Shown here piece after piece: positions 56,897-64,000 of a stretch of 64,000 nt of DNA. Source of the DNA: a virus. Where the stretch lies: positions 1 through 64,000 of IMG/VR virus record IMGVR_UViG_3300044712_001084; one strand, 5' to 3'. Under the pieces are notes generated by a model that did no database searches, had not been told where the DNA came from, and worked only from the letters and a program-made list of their open reading frames with translations. The translations under genes were made by a program, and so were the position numbers. Each line of letters starts with the position of its first letter. The stretch's first letter is position 1.

Positions 56897-57437
56897 CCCG
56901 AAACCCTTGCAGGGCTGTCAGAATGCCCTGCATGGTTTCCTCCATATAAAGTGACGTTTGAATGACATTGGTAAAGTCGCTGGTTGTACGCAGCACTTGG
57001 CTCTTCATAAACGCCAGCATGCGTTTACCTGGATGCGTAGGAGCCTGAAAATCCTCGATACTGGCTTCTAGCTGCTGAACCCACTCAACGGAGTCCACGT
57101 CATAAGGTCCATCTACTATAGATACGCAATTAGCCAGTAAATAGTCACGCTTAGCCCTCTCCCGCAGCGCAGTTGCGCGCTCGTTATGGGCTTGGACCTG
57201 CTTGTGGCGCAAATATAGCGCTAGCTCTTCCTCCGAAGCATCCTCCGGCAATTTATCGGGCACGATGTAATCTTCTTCATACGTGTCACCAGAGGCTAGA
57301 CGTATTTTGCGCTTTACTGGGTTGGCGAATGGGAACGCATCCGTTATGAAATCGATATAATACGGTGGATATGGCCGCACGCTAACCGTGAAACCTGATG
57401 ACAATTTTAGTACTTTCTGCAATGAAGAGTGATCCAT
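56835..57437 (-). CDS. Tail assembly chaperone (G-like)
   Basis: Between major tail and tape measure genes. Confidence 0.65.
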   Translation of the reverse strand: MDHSSLQKVLKLSSGFTVSVRPYPPYYIDFITDAFPFANPVKRKIRLASGDTYEEDYIVPDKLPEDASEEELALYLRHKQVQAHNERATALRERAKRDYLLANCVSIVDGPYDVDSVEWVQQLEASIEDFQAPTHPGKRMLAFMKSQVLRTTSDFTNVIQTSLYMEETMQGILTALQGFRDEVERPTSPSGTSRKVRKRH

Positions 57438-57451
57438 AATTCCTCTAGTAA

Positions 57452-57487
57452 AGAGGACCAGACGGCATGCTAACACGTCTGGTCCTC
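57452..57487 (-). terminator. Terminator-like hairpin after major tail gene
   Basis: GAGGACCAGACG...CGTCTGGTCCTC followed by TTT on minus strand. Confidence 0.6.
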
Positions 57488-57512
57488 ATACCAATATATT
57501 ACAACCGCTAAC

Positions 57513-59006
57513 TTAGATCAAACCGACTACCCTGGAGTTGGTGCGCGTAAGGAAGCCATAAGAGCCTTGCGGAGCACCACTCACCCACACCGTATTGTCA
57601 TCCACCAGGTACATGGAGCTCAAGCCAGAGTTGGCAGGAATGTTGAGGTTCCATAACCGGAATGATGCGCCACCATCGATGGACCGCAACACCTTGCCGC
57701 CAGCAGCCGTGGTCACAGCCACGTAAATGTTGGAGTCACCGGAGTTGACAATCTTTACCACAGCGGTGGGCACGACACCCTGCAGCGGCAGAGCATCCCA
57801 CTCACTGTCGCGCACAGATCCAAATACCTGACCAGCGTTATCGCCAACGAACACCGTACCATCCGGAGTGACGCATACGCAAGTCAAGTCTTCGCTGATA
57901 GTGCCTGGGCCTGTCAGAGCCGTCCAGCTTGTACCACCATCCTCGGATTTGACAATCAGATTGGAATTACCCACCGCATACACGGTGCCATCTGACAAAC
58001 CAGCAATGGCGTTGATATCCACCGCGCCAGCGCTGTAGGCAGCCGTCCAGCTAGCGCCACCGTCAATGGATTTATAGACATAGCCATCATCCGTGCTGGC
58101 ATAAACGTGCGCCCAGTCGATGAACAGCAAATCCTTGATATACTGGCCATCAACCGCGCCAACGTCCACCTTCACCCAAGTTGCCTGGCCCATGGACGTA
58201 ATATCAGCATAAGCGATTTGCGCAGGGTCAGAGGGACGCGTGGTACCGTTGGACACGATAACGCGGTGACTATCTCTACGACCAACGACCACTATGGCGC
58301 TGATTGTCATGGAGGCATCGAATGGCGTGGTAGAGGTCTGCGTCCATGTCTCACCGCTATCATCCGTGTACCATACCTGGGCGATGTTACCAGCAGAGCC
58401 ACCCAGCAAGCCTGAGCACAGATAGCCGTTCTCACCCACATCTTCCTGGGTGCGGAAGTCGGTCTGGCACTCGCCATTCATGAACGCGATGCCAGTAATA
58501 GCCTCTGTCTCAGCAATCGTGCGCGCTGATAAGAACCTGGTTAGCATGTCGTAAATGGCCATGGGCTCTTCCGACACGAAGGGTGTCTGGACACCCACAG
58601 ACGCGTTATCACCCTCAATCTTGGACAAACGATCTACGCCCAGGTCACCACGCCGCGCACGCTCAAAGTGCACCACGACCTCGGAGGTGTACTGATTATC
58701 GGCTCTGTCGCACGCTCCCAGATGACCCTGGATATTGACAATGCGGTTCTTGAGGCCCATCATATAGTTCTGCGTGCGCTTCATGCGCGTCTCCAGCGTA
58801 AATGAGGGCAACGCTGGCTCACCAGTCACGATATCCGATATCACCGACATACCGCGCTGGGCAGGGTCCGGCTCACGAACAGCGTTCAGAGCACCCACCG
58901 GGTCAGTGATGTTTGTCAGGCCATAGGGCAGAAGCAGCTCAAACGGCTGGAACTTTCTGAGCTGGATCCATACACGGCCATCCCCAACTTTATAACTTGT
59001 TGCCAT
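57513..59006 (-). CDS. Probable major tail protein fused to Asp-box beta-propeller
   Basis: Synteny; TDDSGETW, SIDGGASW, SEDGGTSW, SIDGGASF repeats; AGGAGG RBS. Confidence 0.6.
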   Translation of the reverse strand: MATSYKVGDGRVWIQLRKFQPFELLLPYGLTNITDPVGALNAVREPDPAQRGMSVISDIVTGEPALPSFTLETRMKRTQNYMMGLKNRIVNIQGHLGACDRADNQYTSEVVVHFERARRGDLGVDRLSKIEGDNASVGVQTPFVSEEPMAIYDMLTRFLSARTIAETEAITGIAFMNGECQTDFRTQEDVGENGYLCSGLLGGSAGNIAQVWYTDDSGETWTQTSTTPFDASMTISAIVVVGRRDSHRVIVSNGTTRPSDPAQIAYADITSMGQATWVKVDVGAVDGQYIKDLLFIDWAHVYASTDDGYVYKSIDGGASWTAAYSAGAVDINAIAGLSDGTVYAVGNSNLIVKSEDGGTSWTALTGPGTISEDLTCVCVTPDGTVFVGDNAGQVFGSVRDSEWDALPLQGVVPTAVVKIVNSGDSNIYVAVTTAAGGKVLRSIDGGASFRLWNLNIPANSGLSSMYLVDDNTVWVSGAPQGSYGFLTRTNSRVVGLI

Positions 59007-59016
59007 ACAAATCCTC

Positions 59017-59577
59017 CTACTGCGACTTTATTCGTCTGAATCCACGCCTGATTGCTGCCTCTACAACCGATTTGAATGCGCCTGGTTTATTAGAGGATAA
59101 TTCATCATACAGCGTTTTGGTAAAGTTACGAGGATATATACCTGGATGCATTACACGCTTCGGACGCATAAGGTGCGGGGCATCGCTGGATGGGAAACCA
59201 GGTATGGCGGGATTCGGTAAACTTTTTGGAGAATGTGGAGTCATGAATGCCAGCCGTCCAGATTTATTCTCCTTTCTGGGCGCTATTAAATACGGTTTAC
59301 CTTTACCACCACGCAACGCTGTACCTTTATCCACCCAAGTGAAAATCTTACCTATCTTTTTGCGTTTATCCGTGGTTATCTCTAGCGTCCACGTCTTGGA
59401 CGTAACTGTCACTTTATAGGTGAATACAGGCTTGGTATTCCAAGAGCTAACTTCTTTGGTAATCGCTGCGACACCTTTTACACCTAGTTGCTGTAACGCA
59501 CTTTGCACGCTGGCCAGTACTTCAGCGTGCATGCGTTTTGCCGAACGAGGTCTGCGCACCAACTTTATAGGACTCAT
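59017..59577 (-). CDS. Neck/tail completion protein (HK97 gp10-like)
   Basis: Basic; WVDKGT...VMHPG..PRNF. Confidence 0.6.
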   Translation of the reverse strand: MSPIKLVRRPRSAKRMHAEVLASVQSALQQLGVKGVAAITKEVSSWNTKPVFTYKVTVTSKTWTLEITTDKRKKIGKIFTWVDKGTALRGGKGKPYLIAPRKENKSGRLAFMTPHSPKSLPNPAIPGFPSSDAPHLMRPKRVMHPGIYPRNFTKTLYDELSSNKPGAFKSVVEAAIRRGFRRIKSQ

Positions 59578-60602
59578 GGCTGCGTTATGCTACCTGATTT
59601 TACGCAACTAGCCGCCAAACGACCACCTTGGCCAATACGCGTCATAGAATCATGCATCCAAGTGTCCACAGCACCTTTAGTGCGCCCATACGGTGTTAGT
59701 ACAGCATTATCATCCACCGTCATATCCTCTTGCCAATACTGAACCACTGGCTCGCAAGATGTGGGTGCGAAGGGCATCAGCGTGTGAGCCAAGCGACAAG
59801 TGTATAAATCGATATCGCTAGATTCCCCACCGCATAGATAATTCAGCCGCACTCGATATGGATACACACTTGTCAGGTACTCAGCTGGAGTAGCAGAGCC
59901 AACTAACCAAGTGGCTGGGTATACTCGGATAATACCCAACCGCGTGTCCACCGTCTCTATGTAGCCAGTCTGGCTCGTGGTGACAAACGAGGATGACGCA
60001 GTGTAGAGTAAAGTGACTGCCTGCGTCTCATCGTAGTACACACGCTTGACATCCACCGACTCAACAAAATTGTCGTCATCGTAATAATCCAAGCCCTCTT
60101 CCGAGTCACCCAGATTGTCATCCAGAGCCAACCGCGCCAGAGGAATAACAATAGTCACCGTGCCAGAGCCTAGCGTGACGCTATACGGCTTGACCTGGAT
60201 ATCGGTACCAGGCTTGAACACATAAACCTCGTCAATCGAGGAAAATGCCGAGGAAGCCAAGGTCAACGTCACATTAGGTCTGGCCACAGTAATGCTCTCA
60301 TCCAGAGCCACGTCCACAACCGTGCGCACTCCCCACGCGTGAATCAGCTTGCGCTCAGTCACGTATAAGTTGGATTTGAACGCGTGTTCTTCCCCAGCAA
60401 TATAGCGCTTGGTTGGATAATAACCCAAGAAGTTATAACGAGTGTTTTCAGCCAGCTGGATGAAGCGCTGTAAATCCTCTCGTTGCGTGCGCGTCCATAT
60501 GGTAGCGCATTGATAGCGTTGTGGCTCGTTGGGATCATTCAGACCATTGAATGCCGCTATGGGCAAGCGCATTAGCTCTTGATAACGATCTAATGTTAAC
60601 AT
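59574..60602 (-). CDS. Head-tail adaptor-like protein
   Basis: IQLAE...FLGY; VRLNYLCG; synteny. Confidence 0.5.
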   Translation of the reverse strand: MLTLDRYQELMRLPIAAFNGLNDPNEPQRYQCATIWTRTQREDLQRFIQLAENTRYNFLGYYPTKRYIAGEEHAFKSNLYVTERKLIHAWGVRTVVDVALDESITVARPNVTLTLASSAFSSIDEVYVFKPGTDIQVKPYSVTLGSGTVTIVIPLARLALDDNLGDSEEGLDYYDDDNFVESVDVKRVYYDETQAVTLLYTASSSFVTTSQTGYIETVDTRLGIIRVYPATWLVGSATPAEYLTSVYPYRVRLNYLCGGESSDIDLYTCRLAHTLMPFAPTSCEPVVQYWQEDMTVDDNAVLTPYGRTKGAVDTWMHDSMTRIGQGGRLAASCVKSGSITQP

Positions 60603-60614
60603 GCGGTCACCTCT

Positions 60615-60929
60615 CTATGTAAACCGATAGAACAAACCAATGAACGCCACGCACCATAGCCATATATAAAATACTGACCACCATACCAGGCCACCTAGCG
60701 CCACAAACGCCAGAGCGATGACGGCAGATACCCACGTACCCAGGCACCAATGACAATCGAATAGCTTGGCGAAGAAGTTCACTGGTATATACTCGGCATC
60801 GTATCTGCATAGCATCATGCGCAAACGCCCAAAGATATCCCACGGTCCTTCCAAATCCTTGAGCATAACCAGCATCGTAAATGACACTGGAGCGCATACT
60901 AGACAAGCCAACGCGATATTGGCAATCAT
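60615..60929 (-). CDS. DUF1360-like membrane protein
   Basis: GPWDIF..LR; LFDCHWCLGTW. Confidence 0.65.
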   Translation of the reverse strand: MIANIALACLVCAPVSFTMLVMLKDLEGPWDIFGRLRMMLCRYDAEYIPVNFFAKLFDCHWCLGTWVSAVIALAFVALGGLVWWSVFYIWLWCVAFIGLFYRFT

Positions 60930-62152
60930 CTGGTCTTGCCTTTCAGCCAGTTCACGACCTTGGCGCGATTGCGGCCACGCAACTCATTACGCAGCAGTAA
61001 TCTAGCGATGTCTGGAGTGAGATTATCCAGCATCATAATCTGGTCTACAGACATGGTGGCAATATCGGGCACGTCATCTTCAACTGGCTTGCGTACCACC
61101 TCTCGTACCACGGCTGTGCGAGTGACCGCTTCCTCGACAACTTGCGGTGGAGGCTCAACCACTACAATAGGCTCTGGCGTGGGAGCGCTGGCTGACCGCA
61201 CGACTCGCACAAAATACGTAGGCTTGGGTTCGTTGATCTGTCTAGCGTCAGATGGATCTACGTACAGATAATCCCCATAAGTCACCTTATGGGCCATGCC
61301 AGTCGTAATGCCATTGTAATAATGGCGGCCACGACCTTTACCACCCACGTACTGAACCAGCACCTTACCATCAGGCATGGTCAACGCCATAGAATTTACA
61401 TCCACAGTCGTTGGAATGGGCTGATTAGCCGCTACCAGCGCAGCCGCTGCGCGTCTTTTTCCACTGCACGAAGGACAAGCCATGTCGATATCTCCTATCA
61501 ATTGAAGTACACGCCGCGCATATTGCGCAGAACGTTGCTTATAACTTTTGGTGCGCTGGTGCTCGTGCATGCGATATTCCACCAGAGGATGTGGGCAGCG
61601 CACCGCGCAATAGCGTAAAAACAATCTAGCGTTATATTCACCATCTTCGTAAAAGTCCAAATCCTCTCGATAGCCACCCACAGCATTGAATTGAGTTTTG
61701 CTGTACAGCACATTTACGCTAGAGAAACCAACGTGCTTATATACGAGAGAACAATCAAAATCCAGTAAATGATAATGCTCAGTCACCTCTGCGCCAAACT
61801 TAGCTACATCTGGATATACTGGAACACCTGTCCAATAGGTTAGTAAAGTGCTGATTGCCTCTGGCTTCAACCTATCATCGCAATCCAAGGGCAACACTAA
61901 CGAGGTCTTGGCCACGCTTATGGCACGATTGCGGGCACTAGCCACGCCCACGTGATTGCCGTAAATTATAGAGCCGTCTAGATTATATTTACTGACGACC
62001 TTGCGTGGAGACAACGGTGATCCATCATCATATAGCGCTACAGAACAACCTTGCGTAGTAGCGCTAGCTAGACATTCATCTAACCACTCCATAGATTGCG
62101 CGTGACTGCAATATACTGGAATGATAATCGTCACATCTTCAGGCTTATTCAT
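60926..62152 (-). CDS. GT2 glycosyltransferase fused to a C-terminal non-GT module
   Basis: VTIIIPVY, DDGS, ARN, LDCDD, GGYREDL..ED. Confidence 0.85.
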   Translation of the reverse strand: MNKPEDVTIIIPVYCSHAQSMEWLDECLASATTQGCSVALYDDGSPLSPRKVVSKYNLDGSIIYGNHVGVASARNRAISVAKTSLVLPLDCDDRLKPEAISTLLTYWTGVPVYPDVAKFGAEVTEHYHLLDFDCSLVYKHVGFSSVNVLYSKTQFNAVGGYREDLDFYEDGEYNARLFLRYCAVRCPHPLVEYRMHEHQRTKSYKQRSAQYARRVLQLIGDIDMACPSCSGKRRAAAALVAANQPIPTTVDVNSMALTMPDGKVLVQYVGGKGRGRHYYNGITTGMAHKVTYGDYLYVDPSDARQINEPKPTYFVRVVRSASAPTPEPIVVVEPPPQVVEEAVTRTAVVREVVRKPVEDDVPDIATMSVDQIMMLDNLTPDIARLLLRNELRGRNRAKVVNWLKGKTR

Positions 62153-63837
62153 TTATCCTCGCCAAGCATGTGACGTAATTCCTTTACACGCTGGTCAAAT
62201 GAACAATTAGCCAAGACAAAATCCTGACCTCGTTTTGCTATGGCTTGGCGTTCCACGTCTCTAGCTAACCAATGCCGAATGAGGTCCGGCAACTCAGCCG
62301 TCTCTTTATAAGTGACGTAGTGCTCACCCTCTTTCATACCCAGCATGTACTCTATCTTAGGAAACCATTGCTGTAACGTGAAGCAACCCGCTGCCATGGA
62401 TTGGAATATGCGATTGGATACAAAATTTGTAGAGGGACGACCATCAGATATGGCAATCTTAGCTGCCTTATACAGTCTGCAGCCAGCATCATAATCGTAT
62501 AAATTGCGGCCATTAGACGGTATACTGGAAGGCCATGATCCATAAATACCCACGTTCACGCCGCGCATAGAGCGTAAGGTACGACCTAATTCCACCCTGA
62601 ATGGATAGTGGCCATTACCAAGAAACAGTACGTCATGCCTGGGTGTTTTATTGATAGGCTCTGCGTTCGACACCTCGTAACCTATTTGCCAGTAGGCCCA
62701 AGGTATATTGGCCACGTTATAATCTGTAGCCACGTCCACCGTGACAAACGTGGCCAAATCGAAGCGCTTCATCATTTCCATATACGGCTTGGCCAGAAAA
62801 TTTTGTGGAAAATAATCCCCATTCCAGTTCACTAGCTTAGCGTGCTTGGGGCACACCTCTCGTAATAAATGAACCGTCTCACGACCGTATAACGAGGTGT
62901 CATGGATCTGCGTCAATACCAGGTCAGGCTGCCAACCGCTAGCCGCGTCCAGTAAACCGTCTGGGTCAGCTAAGTAATCGAATTCATAAACATGATAATA
63001 ACGGCTCAGCGCTTCGCGCAAACCACGCTTGGTTACGCGCTGTATGGCACTCCACTGCTCGTATATGGGAGCATATAATAAACGAGGTTTGTGGATACGA
63101 GGTTCATCCACTATAGGCTTGGGTGCTACGTTAGGACCCAATAAACCATCTCTGGTCCACCTTTCTCGCCACGCTGTACTATCTGGGTGGCCAGTGGAAG
63201 GATGATAATCCACAGCACCCATATTGATCTTACGCAACTCATCAGCCGCTACAAAATCTTGGATACACGCGCACGGAACTGGTTGGATCTTATAACCTAG
63301 CTCGTATACACGGCAACTCAATTCGTTATCACCCGCATAGGTGTGGTATAAATCACCCCACCAACCCACGTAATCACCTAGCCAACGAGGCACTATGCAT
63401 ACCTGGCCATAAGGTCCATGGGATTGCTTACCGTCCACGACAATCGGCATATGCTCTACGTGCCACTCTTTTCCACCTCTATCCTGATAAAAGCATCCAA
63501 TGCCAACGTCTGGATTATCTTCCATGAACACGAAGGCATTGCGCAAGGTATCACCCACGAAGGCAATGTCATCGTTGGCGATAATTACATACTGACCTCT
63601 AGCCTCTTCAAAACCTGCTTGGAATGCCTTTACCGCGCCAACCAGTTTACCCTGCTCTATCAAGCGAATATCGGATTGCCGTTTACACCAGTCAATCGTG
63701 CCATCCTTGCTGCCACCGTCCACCAGCACTATCTCATACGGTAAACCAACGCCAATAGAGGCTCGCACGCTGTATACCATATTTTTCAGATATCCCAGCC
63801 GATTATAAGTGCCTGACACGATTGATAATTGCTTCAT
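62149..63837 (-). CDS. Bifunctional glycosyltransferase (GT2 + CgeB-like GT-B)
   Basis: GTYNR, VDGGSKDGT, NDD; C-terminal DVLFLG, SNRIFQSMAAG, R..IA.RG. Confidence 0.85.
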   Translation of the reverse strand: MKQLSIVSGTYNRLGYLKNMVYSVRASIGVGLPYEIVLVDGGSKDGTIDWCKRQSDIRLIEQGKLVGAVKAFQAGFEEARGQYVIIANDDIAFVGDTLRNAFVFMEDNPDVGIGCFYQDRGGKEWHVEHMPIVVDGKQSHGPYGQVCIVPRWLGDYVGWWGDLYHTYAGDNELSCRVYELGYKIQPVPCACIQDFVAADELRKINMGAVDYHPSTGHPDSTAWRERWTRDGLLGPNVAPKPIVDEPRIHKPRLLYAPIYEQWSAIQRVTKRGLREALSRYYHVYEFDYLADPDGLLDAASGWQPDLVLTQIHDTSLYGRETVHLLREVCPKHAKLVNWNGDYFPQNFLAKPYMEMMKRFDLATFVTVDVATDYNVANIPWAYWQIGYEVSNAEPINKTPRHDVLFLGNGHYPFRVELGRTLRSMRGVNVGIYGSWPSSIPSNGRNLYDYDAGCRLYKAAKIAISDGRPSTNFVSNRIFQSMAAGCFTLQQWFPKIEYMLGMKEGEHYVTYKETAELPDLIRHWLARDVERQAIAKRGQDFVLANCSFDQRVKELRHMLGEDK

Positions 63838-63998
63838 CTGATAACCCTCTTGAGTAATTTCCTATCACCCACGGCTTCCAAAAATTTTACCAGCATAGAG
63901 GTCTTGGGCGTAGATTCGACATCTATCCAACGCGCATAATCACCATAGTACTGCCCATACCGCTCAACCATATCTATCTTGGAGCGCAGTAAATCCAG
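63834..63998 (-). CDS. C-terminal fragment of upstream gene (truncated by window edge)
   Basis: Open frame ending in TGA overlapping the next ATG. Confidence 0.5.
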   Translation of the reverse strand: MDLLRSKIDMVERYGQYYGDYARWIDVESTPKTSMLVKFLEAVGDRKLLKRVIR

Positions 63999-64000
63999 GT

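Noticed and set aside
56898-56907. Canonical -1 slippery heptamer GGGTTTC
   Set aside because: The heptamer is out of phase for X XXY YYZ and the downstream ORF is in the +1 frame.
1-64000. Stop-codon reassignment, suggested by frequent CTAG/TAG
   Set aside because: Conserved genes are full length in the standard code, TAG ends several genes and no suppressor tRNA is present.
1-64000. Integrase, reverse transcriptase/DGR or transposon
   Set aside because: No such motifs seen, so lifestyle cannot be determined from this window.

Overview
A 64-kb fragment of a large tailed dsDNA phage, probably siphovirus-like (tape measure and tail tube present, no sheath seen). Almost all genes lie on the minus strand. 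Reading right to left: glycosyltransferases within the head-tail/tail operon; a replication block (SF2 helicase, DnaB, primase, UvrD, UDG-fused family A polymerase, gp32-like SSB, UvsY-like protein, SbcD, RecA, 5'-3' exonuclease, RuvC); a MoxR AAA/vWA pair; dCTP deaminase; two tRNAs; two sigma-like proteins; lysis genes; TerS-like and TerL; an accessory region; and a portal gene running off the left edge. All assignments come from motifs read by eye, with no database search. Main leads: (1) five otherwise unrelated proteins (two zincins, an ADP-ribosyltransferase-like, a GNAT-like and an unknown) share seven copies of a ~25-aa tag, IRLKGGxGSGNFGHAGRPGxVGGS, which I infer is a capsid-loading/protease-processing tag for injected effectors; (2) about 16 strand-oriented copies of GCAAGTTTAGTA lie upstream of genes, a candidate phage promoter; (3) TerL carries a ~250-aa non-intein insertion whose DNA flips abruptly from G-rich to C-rich; (4) a thymidine hypermodification gene set, with a polymerase that has Trp at the Pol I F762 position; (5) a +1 UUU-CGG frameshift in the tail chaperone; (6) a ~185-nt structured ncRNA candidate.
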